IMG/VR virus record: IMGVR_UViG_3300011434_000001
Reading direction: 5' to 3' (one strand)
Source of the DNA: an uncultured virus (IMG/VR IMGVR_UViG_3300011434_000001)
Lineage: Duplodnaviria > Heunggongvirae > Uroviricota > Caudoviricetes
Length of the DNA stretch: 64,000 bases
Position 1 is the first letter of the stretch; the number at the start of each line of letters is the position of its first letter. Position numbers and translations under genes: made by a program. The notes below the pieces were generated by a model. The model saw only the letters and a program-made list of their open reading frames with translations, ran no database searches and was not told the DNA's origin. Shown here one piece after another: positions 18,235 through 27,990 of the stretch.

Positions 18235-18846
18235 ATGAAACACACCTACATTTTTATCCCCGACCATGTCGTCACCGAGATGAACCTTTTTCATCTCGCA
18301 CGCGCGGCCAGACGATACTCGGTCTCGTATAAAACCGAGATGGCCGACACCAATTACACTAGCGTGCAGGTCTTCACCGACAACATCACTATGCACCAGA
18401 TTGCGAGCAGCACGGGATGGTCCGGCGAACAATTGCGCGATTCTATTCCGGCAGCACGGCGACGTGGCGAAACGGCCACCCTAGAGGCGGCGAAGCGGCT
18501 GGATGACCTCCGCCGCAAAGCTTCAATCCGGAGTGGAAATCTGCGCCACCTTCGTCCCCCGTCTCCGTCCGCTCCTGATAAAACGCTGCCACCTTGGGCG
18601 CAGGTGCGAATAGAGCGCGTGCAGGCCGCAGGCTGTAAAATCTACATGGTTCCCATCGATGTTAGCTATCGCATTTTCGATGTGGTTGTCTTCGATGAGT
18701 CTTTTACACTCACTGCGGAAGAAGCGATTGGTTTTCTGCAAGGTCTGGAGAAAGGTTTTACGTCAGCGCCTATGTGGGCCAGCGTGAAGCAAGTCGTCCT
18801 TCACGGCAGCACCAAGGCCACGCGCAGAAGCAAGAGGTCAGCATGA
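18235..18846 (+). CDS. Hypothetical protein
   Basis: 203-aa ORF. Confidence 0.6.
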   Translation: MKHTYIFIPDHVVTEMNLFHLARAARRYSVSYKTEMADTNYTSVQVFTDNITMHQIASSTGWSGEQLRDSIPAARRRGETATLEAAKRLDDLRRKASIRSGNLRHLRPPSPSAPDKTLPPWAQVRIERVQAAGCKIYMVPIDVSYRIFDVVVFDESFTLTAEEAIGFLQGLEKGFTSAPMWASVKQVVLHGSTKATRRSKRSA

Positions 18847-19111
18847 CTAGCGGACCAGATCGAAACGACAAGCTAATGAAGCGCGCGGGCTTTAAACGCT
18901 GCCCCCGGTTGGACCACCCATCGTGGAATAGGTGTGGCGACATCACCTACTGGGTCAATGAGTTTGGTATTCGGGTCATCACCGGCAAGACTCGCGCCAT
19001 ATCCCTCCGCGAATTGCTGACGCGGGTGATGAACCAAATCGGCCCATAAAACGCGGGGGCGAATCAAAAGCAAAATCGCGAATATCGAGTTTGGTGTGGA
19101 AGGTTTTATCT

Positions 19112-19663
19112 ATGAAAAAGATCAGTCCTGAAAAATTCCTGTTCGAACTCTACATCGGCAGAGTCGGTTACTCTGTAAACCAAGTGATCGATTCCTTTGA
19201 CCAAGTCAAGCCGGGCTTCAAGGCGCTCGGCTACTGCGACGCGCGACGCCTGCCCGTCCGGCCCCGCACCGAAGGATATGCCCTGATGGTGGAGGACACC
19301 CAGTTGCCGGAGCAGACGCAATTCTGGTTGCATGTCGATAATATCAAAGGCGTGACCACCCCGACCAAACCTCCGGCGAAGTCGGTGCCCTTCCAGCCAA
19401 AGGGCAAACAGAGTTACACCATGGAGGAATTCAACAAGGCTTACTGTGAGTTCCGCATGGAAAAGATGGGCAGCAAGAAAGAGATGGAAGACATGAAAGG
19501 AATCATGCGCGCCTACCGCTCCCTGCTTCACATCTACATCAACACCGAGGGGATGGAGAAAGAGGAAATGGTGAAGGTGATGATGCAAGGGCTCCAGACG
19601 GAATTCGCGTTGCGCATGACTTACATCCACGGCGAGCTATGGATGGCCGAGGCTGTAGTGTAA
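19112..19663 (+). CDS. Hypothetical protein
   Basis: ORF from ATG 19112. Confidence 0.65.
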   Translation: MKKISPEKFLFELYIGRVGYSVNQVIDSFDQVKPGFKALGYCDARRLPVRPRTEGYALMVEDTQLPEQTQFWLHVDNIKGVTTPTKPPAKSVPFQPKGKQSYTMEEFNKAYCEFRMEKMGSKKEMEDMKGIMRAYRSLLHIYINTEGMEKEEMVKVMMQGLQTEFALRMTYIHGELWMAEAVV

Positions 19664-19725
19664 GGATGTGTTTAAACGCTCTCGAAAGATTTGACACCAA
19701 ACCAATAAATAACGCACATTGTAGT

Positions 19726-20019
19726 ATGCAGAATATGATCGGCGGCGAAGTTAAGCAGGTGAGCAAGATCGAGTTTTGGGGTTTGTTCAGCCCCGAGGCG
19801 CAGGACCAACTCGCCCGCAAAGCCGCTGAAGAAGGCATCACCGGGTTTGTCTGCTATGAGTGTCTTCAAATGGATTCATCGCACTTCGGCAAGCGCGCTG
19901 CGGTTACATTTGGCCCGGCGTGCTCCGCGCGATCCGAAAACGAGGTGCTCGAAATCTTTCCGAGGCTCGGCTCGTTACCATCTAATTTCCAGTATCCAAC
20001 TCAATATTGCCTAATATGA
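19726..20019 (+). CDS. Hypothetical protein
   Basis: ATG immediately after TTGACA-N17-GCACATTGTAGT. Confidence 0.6.
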   Translation: MQNMIGGEVKQVSKIEFWGLFSPEAQDQLARKAAEEGITGFVCYECLQMDSSHFGKRAAVTFGPACSARSENEVLEIFPRLGSLPSNFQYPTQYCLI

Positions 20020-20914
20020 TCCCATCCTATCCTAGCATCTACGCACTTGGTCATCGCTTCATCGCGGATTTATTTTCCGGCGCAGTGATCATCGAAGAAA
20101 AAGTTGACGGCTCGCAGTTCTCATTTGGCCTGTTCGATGGCCAGCTTGAGTTTCGCTCCAAGGGCCAGCAAATTCACGCCGGTGGTCCCGAGAAGATGTT
20201 CAACAATGCCATCACCGCAGTGCAAATCATGCATCAATCACATGGCCTGATCCCGGGATGGACCTACCGTGCCGAGTATCTCAGCAAGCCCAAGCACAAC
20301 TGTTTGGCGTATGGCCGCACCCCGCGCAACTTCCTCGTGCTGTTCGACGTGATGATCAGTGAGGGCGAGCACTATCTCGACCCAGCCACGAAGCAAACTG
20401 AGGCGGAGCGCCTAGGGATGGACTGCACGCCCTGCTTCTACTCTGGCGCAGGTTCCGAAGTTGAGGTTTCGCAACTCGATGTATTTTTCGGGCGCGAAAG
20501 TTTTCTCGGTGGTTGTAAGATCGAAGGCGTCGTGGTGAAGAACTACGACAAGTTTGGCCCGGACAAGCACATCCTCGTCGGCAAATTTGTGAGCCCGGCT
20601 TTCAAAGAGAAGCACGTCGGCGAGTGGAAGAAATCCAATCCAACGAAGGCGGACATCGAAGAACGCCTCATTGCCGAACTCACCTCAGAGGCGCGCTGGC
20701 GCAAGGCCATTCAACACCTGACAGAACGCGCGCTGATCAATGGCACGCGCAGGACATTGGCCCAATCATGAAGGAAGCGGCAGCCGATATTCTGAAAGAG
20801 GAAGCGGACTATATCAAGGACGAATTGTTCAAACACTTTGCATCGAAGATAGTGCGCGGTGCGACGGCTGGGATTCCGGCGTTCTACAAAAAAGAGATTG
20901 GCATCCTGCAATGA
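20016..20914 (+). pseudogene. RNA ligase-like nucleotidyltransferase with a frameshift near 20747 (real or sequencing error)
   Basis: EEKVDGSQF (motif I KxDG), LFDV, EGVVVK, GKFVSPAFKE; C-terminus QDIGPIMKE...DILKEE continues in another frame. Confidence 0.8.
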
Positions 20915-21096
20915 TCATTACCAAAGAAAGAGTTGATACGGCGAACGCGGCTCTGACCGAGATGTTCGACGCGATCCCGAAAACGAAGCGGTTCAGCTAC
21001 CTCGGGCACCTTAACGAAATTTCTCTCGTGCTGGAGGAACTCCAGCGTCAGGTCAAAAAGAAAGGCGAACTGTTCAATGAAAAGAACCCTAGCTGA
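20911..21096 (+). CDS. Hypothetical protein
   Basis: MIITKERVDTANAAL..., ATGA-coupled. Confidence 0.55.
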   Translation: MIITKERVDTANAALTEMFDAIPKTKRFSYLGHLNEISLVLEELQRQVKKKGELFNEKNPS

Positions 21097-21316
21097 ACTG
21101 AAGCGCGAAGCCCGGGAAGCTGCCAGCACACGCGGGCATGACCTGATGCACTTTTCCAAAATCTCTGCCCGGCTGCATGAGGCGACTTGTTCAAAGTGCA
21201 AGCGCAAGGTCCAGATCAATACCGACCCGACCGCGAACGAGATCGACATAGGCGGCGAGCCGTTAGCAGTGGACTGCGACTCTCCCCGCACTGGTGAAAA
21301 TATTTTCGTGATATGA
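21077..21316 (+). CDS. Small Cys/His-containing protein
   Basis: GH...CSKC...C pattern. Confidence 0.6.
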   Translation: MKRTLAELKREAREAASTRGHDLMHFSKISARLHEATCSKCKRKVQINTDPTANEIDIGGEPLAVDCDSPRTGENIFVI

Positions 21317-21468
21317 AGCGGAAGAAACAGAAACTTGGCGAGTTTGAATTCACTTGCGAGAAGTGCAAGAAGGTTCAAAAGAAGGATGTTTACTGCATCG
21401 CACAGCAGGCGATGGGGCACACGATGATCTTCACTTGTAGCTGTGGCCACAAGCAAAGGGTCCCATGA
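21313..21468 (+). CDS. Small zinc-ribbon protein
   Basis: Manual translation MKRKKQKLGEFEFTCEKCKK...FTCSCGHKQRVP, coupled on both sides. Confidence 0.65.
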   Translation: MKRKKQKLGEFEFTCEKCKKVQKKDVYCIAQQAMGHTMIFTCSCGHKQRVP

Positions 21469-21860
21469 AAAATCTAAATGAAGTCCAAGTCGGCGACGAA
21501 GTTGTCTACGTGAACGGCCACTACAGCCCGGGCAAGATCGTGAAGGTCGAGGCCCGCACTCCCACTGGGCGGTTGCGGATTGGGTCCGAATATTTCGAGC
21601 CCAACACCGCTGGGGATTACGCGTGGAAGCGCGGAAGAAATTTATACCCGCGCTGCAACCTCAAACCCGTCACCCCGGACCTCCGCCGTGCCATCATGAG
21701 GCACGAGGCAATTGAATTTCTTAGCAATGCGAGTAAGGAGCAGTGGGCAAAGCTTTCTGACATCGACCTCCTAACAATCAAAATCAACCTAAAAAATGGT
21801 GGACAAATTGAAACCAAAAACACTGGGTCTGCGCCAACGAATTGCGCAGGCGAAAACTGA
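21465..21860 (+). CDS. Hypothetical protein (KOW/SH3-like N-terminus)
   Basis: VQVGDEVV...VKVEARTPTGRLRI. Confidence 0.65.
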   Translation: MKNLNEVQVGDEVVYVNGHYSPGKIVKVEARTPTGRLRIGSEYFEPNTAGDYAWKRGRNLYPRCNLKPVTPDLRRAIMRHEAIEFLSNASKEQWAKLSDIDLLTIKINLKNGGQIETKNTGSAPTNCAGEN

Positions 21861-22067
21861 AACCGACATTGACGCCCTGAACCGCGAGGCAGAATCCTAT
21901 AAGGATGTGAGCCCACACACGCGACGACGATGGGCTAACACTGCCGACCGAAGACTGGCGCAACTCAGACATGGCAAGTAATCCATTCATCGCACACACC
22001 TGCCTCGTTCTCTTTGCTTTCGGATTTTTCGTCGGCTGGGCGGGCGTAACCTTCATCCAAAATTTAA

Positions 22068-22583
22068 ATGACAAAAACTAAACAGAACCTCAAAGTCGTT
22101 CCCTCTCAGGTAGACGGGATTCCAATCGAAGTTGCCAACGAAATGCTTTTCTCGCCCAAGGTGAGATTGAGCAACCGCATGCGGAAGAACTGCATGAAGG
22201 CCCGGGAGAAAGTTTACTCCAGTGACCTGCCCATTCGGAAAGTGCGTGTCCCCGATGATACCATCGAAGGCGAGGAAGTGGAGTTGCAATATTTGCCTAA
22301 TGCAAGGAAGCCCGAGGCGATCAAACTCGCTGCGAAGGCGGCAAAGCTGACTTACGTGCAGCTTCTCTCCCATCACAAGCGGGCCGACCGGCGCAAGGCC
22401 CGGGCGCAGAAGAATTATCTACGGCTCATGCAGAGCGATGCGCCCGAGAAGATCAAGCGCCACATGGGCGCAGCACTCACTGCGCAGGCGGAACGATTCG
22501 AGCGAGACAAGGCCGTTCTGGCCACGGAAATTCAAATCCGGGGCGTGAATGCCACTTCGTTTCGGCGAGACCGCTGTAAATAA
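22068..22583 (+). CDS. Basic hypothetical protein
   Basis: 171-aa ORF. Confidence 0.65.
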   Translation: MTKTKQNLKVVPSQVDGIPIEVANEMLFSPKVRLSNRMRKNCMKAREKVYSSDLPIRKVRVPDDTIEGEEVELQYLPNARKPEAIKLAAKAAKLTYVQLLSHHKRADRRKARAQKNYLRLMQSDAPEKIKRHMGAALTAQAERFERDKAVLATEIQIRGVNATSFRRDRCK

Positions 22584-22685
22584 TTCAGGCAAACCAACCA
22601 TCAAATCTGCACTGTTTTGTGAACACTTGGCAGGAAGCCTATTGGGAGCTACTCGAAACCGAGCAGCCAATCGAATTACCAAATT

Positions 22686-23690
22686 ATGAGCGACAAATTC
22701 ACCCTAGCGCCGAGGCAACTCAATATCAAACCACGAAACGAGAACGCAGGTCTCAGCAGCTTCGTGGAAATGTTGAACAACCCCGAACTGGAACTCGTTG
22801 GAGGACCATCGCCGGACATCCCGCCCGAACTGGCGCACCAAGCAGAGCGCCCGGGGCAGGAATCCCCGCCACCTGAGCAACCATCCCGCCCGGTGGCCCC
22901 GCCCACCCCCGTTCGTCCTGCGAATCGAAAGCCGGTAGGCTCGTGCCTGTTGCTCTCGGGACGACTGACGGCAGGGAAGGACTACGTCGCCGAAAAGGCG
23001 GACGCGAAGATCATCGGGTTTGCCGATCCGATGTATGCCATCGCCACTTATCTCTGTGGCGTGGAGGTCACCAGCACGCAGAACAAAGACTTGCCCGGCA
23101 TGCGCACTTTCCTCCAACAGGTGGGCCAGTGGGGGAAACACGTCGTCAACGCGCAATATCCTTACTCCGCTGAGCGCGCGGTTCTCGTGCAACTTGTCCG
23201 CGCCATTGGGAGCCGTGGTATTTTCGGATTCCCGGACGTAGACTGGACGAAATTCGGATTGGACCCGGACCTGTGGCTCAACGCGGCGTTCAAACGCATT
23301 TCTGCTTTTCAGAATGAGAATCCCGGCAAGCGAGTTGCGATTACGAATGCGCGCTTCGAGAACGAAATCAAATACTTCCGTGCCATCCCGGCGTGGGATC
23401 ACTGGCACGTCATGTGTTCTCTGGAGACGTGGACCGAGCGCCTCGCGAAAAAGAAACTCACCCCGCAATCGAAAGAGGTGAACGACTACAGCGAGCAGCT
23501 TGCAATCGCGTTGGATCGCGATGTCTATGCGAAGATCAAGAAACAACCGCAGGGAAACATGCTCCGGGTTATTTGGAATGACCATCGCCCTGTGCCATCA
23601 AAGCGGCTCTACACCCTGCCGATGTTTTTGCGGGAAGTCGCCATCGCTGAAGCCGTGCCAGAATTCAAAACCGATTTAGAAGTTCAATGA
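22686..23690 (+). CDS. Deoxynucleoside monophosphate kinase-like protein
   Basis: LSGRLTAGKDYVA P-loop, FADPM, RTFLQQVG, ITNARFENE. Confidence 0.8.
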   Translation: MSDKFTLAPRQLNIKPRNENAGLSSFVEMLNNPELELVGGPSPDIPPELAHQAERPGQESPPPEQPSRPVAPPTPVRPANRKPVGSCLLLSGRLTAGKDYVAEKADAKIIGFADPMYAIATYLCGVEVTSTQNKDLPGMRTFLQQVGQWGKHVVNAQYPYSAERAVLVQLVRAIGSRGIFGFPDVDWTKFGLDPDLWLNAAFKRISAFQNENPGKRVAITNARFENEIKYFRAIPAWDHWHVMCSLETWTERLAKKKLTPQSKEVNDYSEQLAIALDRDVYAKIKKQPQGNMLRVIWNDHRPVPSKRLYTLPMFLREVAIAEAVPEFKTDLEVQ

Positions 23691-24211
23691 ACCCGAAAGT
23701 ATACCTCGCTGGGCCAATTACAGGATGTTCCTTTGGCGAATGCACGGACTGGCGTCAGGAAATGATTCGACGCTTGCATGTCCATGGCATCATCGGTTTA
23801 TCTCCCATGCGTGCCAAGGATTATCTCAAGAATGAACAGTCCATCACGGGCTCCTATGAGGATAAGGTCATGTCCTGTTCGCGCGGGATCATCACCCGGG
23901 ATCGTTTCGACACGATGCGGTGCGATGTGTTGCTCGTGAATTTTCTCGGCGCGAAGAAGGTCAGCATCGGCACCGTCATGGAGATCGCGTGGGCGGACTC
24001 GCAGCGAATTCCAATCATCCTTGTAAGTGAAAGGGAAGGCAACCCGCACGAGCATCCAATGATCGAGCAGGTCACCGGCTTCCGCGTTTCGACTCTGGAC
24101 GAAGCGTTTGATGTGGCCATCAAAATTCTCGCGGTGTCGGCCCCGGTTCCGATGATAACGGACCTCGTGACCGGTCAACGAATTCCTGACTCCCGGTTCA
24201 TCATATCATGA
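23687..24211 (+). CDS. Nucleoside 2-deoxyribosyltransferase / dNMP N-glycosidase family
   Basis: VYLAGPI, D...CDVLLVN, SIGTVMEIAWA. Confidence 0.88.
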   Translation: MNPKVYLAGPITGCSFGECTDWRQEMIRRLHVHGIIGLSPMRAKDYLKNEQSITGSYEDKVMSCSRGIITRDRFDTMRCDVLLVNFLGAKKVSIGTVMEIAWADSQRIPIILVSEREGNPHEHPMIEQVTGFRVSTLDEAFDVAIKILAVSAPVPMITDLVTGQRIPDSRFIIS

Positions 24212-24858
24212 AGCGCGGGACCAAGTCAGTTCTTTTCGGGGTGCATCAATTCATCTGGCACCCGCTAACAGTGGCTTATGCGTGGAAAACGCTCTATGGC
24301 CAGTGGCCGAATCTGTATGAATGGATCGCCATCTTCTGCCATGACATCGGTTACTGGGGTAAGTCCGCGATGGATTCTCCAGAAGGGCAGACGCACCCGG
24401 AACTGGGCGCGAGGGCGGCACGGCGACTTGCCTACAGGATAGCACGGCTGCGTCACAATCATAACTTCGCCTCAGCGTTGGCGGAGGAAGTCTATGAACT
24501 GACCCTCTATCATTCAACCCACTACGCGACTAAAAGAAGCGCGAAGGTCAGCCGCCTTTATCTGCCAGACAAAGCCTGTGTGCTAGTAGAGCCGATGTGG
24601 TTCTATCTTCTCCGCGCCTCTCTTTCAGGAGAACTGAAAGAGTATGTGGATAACGATAACCACAAACGCTGGCTCGTTGGTGAGTCAGAGCAAACTTCCC
24701 GGGAATGGTTGCAAGGATACCGCACCCGAATCCGGGCCAAGGTTGCCGCTCATTTTGCGCAACTGGCAAAGCGTAGCATTCACGAATTACGCTTGCTGCT
24801 GGACCGGGCTCTCGGCGACACGCGAAAATGCGAGTGCGACATCTGCCTTGAAAAGTGA
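24208..24858 (+). CDS. HD-superfamily-like protein
   Basis: H...CHDIGYWG...HPELGA...YHS...PDK. Confidence 0.6.
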   Translation: MKRGTKSVLFGVHQFIWHPLTVAYAWKTLYGQWPNLYEWIAIFCHDIGYWGKSAMDSPEGQTHPELGARAARRLAYRIARLRHNHNFASALAEEVYELTLYHSTHYATKRSAKVSRLYLPDKACVLVEPMWFYLLRASLSGELKEYVDNDNHKRWLVGESEQTSREWLQGYRTRIRAKVAAHFAQLAKRSIHELRLLLDRALGDTRKCECDICLEK

Positions 24859-26360
24859 ATCTAACGCCCGAAATTCGGGAGAGGCTCCGGCCACATCAGA
24901 TCGAACCTGCCCGGCACCTGCTGGATATTCTCTCATCGTCTCGCACTGCGTGCGACTTCAGCGATACCGGGACTGGGAAAACTTTTGTAGCGGCAGCCGT
25001 GGCGGTCGCGATGAAACTCCCGACCCTCGTCATCGTGCCGAAAGTCGCGGTGAGCCAATGGCATCGGGCGGCTGAGCATTTCAGCGATTCCCTCTCGGTA
25101 ATCAATTACGAGATGTTGAGGACGGGGCGCACTCCCTATGGGAGATGGGATAACACTCCGCCAGCCGGATACACAAGCGACGAGGTATACAAATGCCAAT
25201 GGTGTCAACTCAAAGTAAACTTTCAGAAGTTCGTTCCCTGTTACTGTCACCCATCCGGGATTCACTGCGTAGAGATAAAAAAGAAGCCGTGGAAGTATGG
25301 GGACTTCCACTTCGCGCCACAGATCAAGATGACGATTTTCGACGAGGGCCATCGCTGCGGCGGCTTGGATTCTCTCAACGCCGACATGATGATCGCCGCC
25401 CGAAGGGGAGTTCCTAAATCCTTGGTGCTCTCCGCCACCGCTGCCACTGACCCGACAAAGATGCGGGCACTGGGCTATTTTCTGGACCTCCACACGCTGG
25501 ATCACGACATGCTTTTCGGTGGTAAGGACCGGTTTGAGATATGGGCTCGGCAGAAAGGTGTTCGCAGAGAGCCAATGCGGGGCTTGCAATGGCGCGTGAC
25601 TCCTGCTAAACAATTGGAGGTAATGGCGGAGATTCGCCGGAGTATCATCCCTGCCCGTGGAGTGCGGGTTTGCGTGGAAGATATCCCGGGATTTCCAAAG
25701 AGAGAAATTGTAAGTGAATTATATGACCTCGATGAATACAACGAACTTAACCGGCTTTACGATCAAATGGCGGAGGCACTGGAACGACTTGATCTTCGGT
25801 CAGCGGGGGATGTCGATCCAGACCATCCGCTCACTCAGATTCTCCGAGCCCGACAGAAGATCGAGCTACTTAAGACACCAATTGGTGTCGAATTGGCAAG
25901 AGACTACTTGGACAAAGGATATCAAGTCGCGGTCTTCGTCAACTTCAAGGAAACCATGGCCGAAGTCTGCGCGCGTCTCTCAACTAGTTGTTCTATTAAG
26001 GGACAGCAAAGGGAGGGTGACCGACAAAAGTGCATTGATGATTTTCAGGCGGGGAGATCGCGAATTATCGTCGTCAACAATGAAGCTGGTGGTATTGCCG
26101 TCTCACTTCACGGCGCGAGAAGAATCGGCCTAGTGTTCCCGCCCGAGAAGGCTATCACACTGAAGCAGGTGTTCGGCAGGCTACACCGCGACGGCGGCGA
26201 GAACTGTCACTACCGGGTGATGTTCGCCGCGAAGACGGTGGAGGTCCGAGTTCACAAGAACTTGCAGAGGTGTTTAAACAACCTCGACGCGCTGAACGAC
26301 GAGGACTTAAATCCTTTCAATTTAATGTGGTCAACCGCCTTAGGGAACTGCACAGTTTGA
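24855..26360 (+). CDS. SF2 (SNF2-like) helicase
   Basis: LRPHQ, DTGTGKT, FDEGH, LSAT, QVFGRLHR. Confidence 0.9.
   Translation: MNLTPEIRERLRPHQIEPARHLLDILSSSRTACDFSDTGTGKTFVAAAVAVAMKLPTLVIVPKVAVSQWHRAAEHFSDSLSVINYEMLRTGRTPYGRWDNTPPAGYTSDEVYKCQWCQLKVNFQKFVPCYCHPSGIHCVEIKKKPWKYGDFHFAPQIKMTIFDEGHRCGGLDSLNADMMIAARRGVPKSLVLSATAATDPTKMRALGYFLDLHTLDHDMLFGGKDRFEIWARQKGVRREPMRGLQWRVTPAKQLEVMAEIRRSIIPARGVRVCVEDIPGFPKREIVSELYDLDEYNELNRLYDQMAEALERLDLRSAGDVDPDHPLTQILRARQKIELLKTPIGVELARDYLDKGYQVAVFVNFKETMAEVCARLSTSCSIKGQQREGDRQKCIDDFQAGRSRIIVVNNEAGGIAVSLHGARRIGLVFPPEKAITLKQVFGRLHRDGGENCHYRVMFAAKTVEVRVHKNLQRCLNNLDALNDEDLNPFNLMWSTALGNCTV
25874..25889. repeat. Palindrome GACACCAATTGGTGTC, copy 3 (in CDS)
   Basis: 16-bp core read directly. 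Confidence 0.93.
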
Positions 26361-26378
26361 TGTAACTTTGAATTTATT

Positions 26379-26552
26379 ATGATCGTGATTTCTAAAAGTC
26401 CTCGACGCAACCACCAAATGGTAGTCTTCCACAACACCGATGCCGCAGGCAAGAAAGCTTCTATCACCCGCCACCTTCCAATCGACGAATCCCGGCCCTG
26501 CATCCAGCGCAAATGGCTTGGTAAGGCCGCAGCTAAAGGCAACCTCCGATGA
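26379..26552 (+). CDS. Small hypothetical protein
   Basis: Manual translation MIVISKSPRRNHQMVVFHN..., downstream of the GCACAGTTTGAT motif. Confidence 0.5.
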   Translation: MIVISKSPRRNHQMVVFHNTDAAGKKASITRHLPIDESRPCIQRKWLGKAAAKGNLR

Positions 26553-26713
26553 CTAAGAAATTCAAAGTCCATCTTCTATACCGGGGCAGCGTCAATATCG
26601 ATGTCGTGGCTGCCGACGAAAAGGCTGCTGAGCAGGAAGCCATCAAGCTTGGCGACGACATCATCGGCGCAAACCTCCACGTCCATGACGTGATCATCGA
26701 GGAAGTCGAATGA
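26549..26713 (+). CDS. Small acidic hypothetical protein
   Basis: MTKKFKVHLLYRGSVNIDVVAADEKAAEQEA..., ATGA-coupled on both sides. Confidence 0.65.
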   Translation: MTKKFKVHLLYRGSVNIDVVAADEKAAEQEAIKLGDDIIGANLHVHDVIIEEVE

Positions 26714-27966
26714 GCGCCGCTGTTACTCCCACCGCAACCGAGGAAAGGGCGCACCATCCTTATTCCCCATCTTCGCTCCAGCCCACTGAAGTGTGCCCAC
26801 ATTACAAGAGCAAGTCTAGCACGCACATCCGCACCATCATTGGAACGATCTCGCACAAGGTCACGGAGACGCGCGAAGATGATGCGCGCCTGAGCGATGA
26901 GGATGCCGCAGCGGCAGCGGAGTGTTTGGACTTTTATGACGGTCGCGTGCGCCTCGCAATTGATGCCCGAACCGAAGCGGTGAAGGCTCTCGCCGCAACG
27001 CTGGATGGCGCGGACGATCACGAAACATTTCAAATCGCTCACGAGCGAACGCCGCAGATCATCGAACTGACCGAAACCTATCTGCCCATCGACGACCTGA
27101 AGTATGAGGACGCTGAAGCCACCACCGCTGGATTCGTGGACCGGGTTTTGATCACGCACGACCGCACTTACGCGGAACTTTTCGATTGGAAGTTCGGCAT
27201 GTGGCCGGTGGAGAAGGCCGAAAACAATTTGCAGGGTATCGCTTACGTGCTCGGCCTGTTCCGGCGCTACGCCTCGCTCAGAGGGGCTCGATTCTTTTTC
27301 AAACAGCCGAACACCAACGTCATCACCAATCATTACTTCGCCCGGGAGACCGTCGCAAAAAACTATCTGCGCATCATGGCCGTGGTGGAGCGCGCTCGCA
27401 AGGCTCGGCAACTCGCCACCAAGGGTGATTGGTCTATGGCCAACCCCACGATCCCGAACTGTCTTTTCTGCGCGAACATCGCGGACTGCACGAAGGTGCT
27501 GGACATTGCTTTTGTTCTCGGCAAGAAATTCGATCCGTTGAAAATCCCGGACGACATCACGCCCACTAAAGTGCATAACGCGCGCGACACGAAGCATGGC
27601 CTTGCGCTTGCGGCAGTCATGGCGGTATGGGCGGCTGCTTACCGTGGCCGCATCACTGACCGGGTGGTCCGGCGAGACGCCGATGTGCCAGACGGCTTTA
27701 CGTTGGCTACCGGCTCGAAGCGCAGCGTCACGGACGTGAAGAAGCTTCGCGAAGTTTCACAGCAATATCTGACGAAGGAAGAATACGATGCGCTGTTATC
27801 ACAGGAACCGCCGTTCGGAACTCTGGAAAAAGCAATTGAGAACAAAGCCCAACGGGGCCAGAAGGCAGCCGCCCTCCGGGAATTTCAAGCCAAGATTATC
27901 GAGAATGGCGCGGTGACGAAGGGCGATCCTTACACCTATTTAAAAGCGGTCGCAAAGAGCGACTAA
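26710..27966 (+). CDS. PD-(D/E)XK Cas4-like exonuclease (DUF2800-like)
   Basis: HHPYSPSS...CP, GT..H, GFVD, DWKFG, NLQ...Y, CLFC...C. Confidence 0.85.
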   Translation: MSAAVTPTATEERAHHPYSPSSLQPTEVCPHYKSKSSTHIRTIIGTISHKVTETREDDARLSDEDAAAAAECLDFYDGRVRLAIDARTEAVKALAATLDGADDHETFQIAHERTPQIIELTETYLPIDDLKYEDAEATTAGFVDRVLITHDRTYAELFDWKFGMWPVEKAENNLQGIAYVLGLFRRYASLRGARFFFKQPNTNVITNHYFARETVAKNYLRIMAVVERARKARQLATKGDWSMANPTIPNCLFCANIADCTKVLDIAFVLGKKFDPLKIPDDITPTKVHNARDTKHGLALAAVMAVWAAAYRGRITDRVVRRDADVPDGFTLATGSKRSVTDVKKLREVSQQYLTKEEYDALLSQEPPFGTLEKAIENKAQRGQKAAALREFQAKIIENGAVTKGDPYTYLKAVAKSD

Positions 27967-27990
27967 TCAACAAAGAAAGAAAAACAAAAT

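Noticed and set aside
26710..27966. Cas4 as evidence of a CRISPR system
   Set aside because: Stand-alone phage replication-module nuclease; no array or other cas genes
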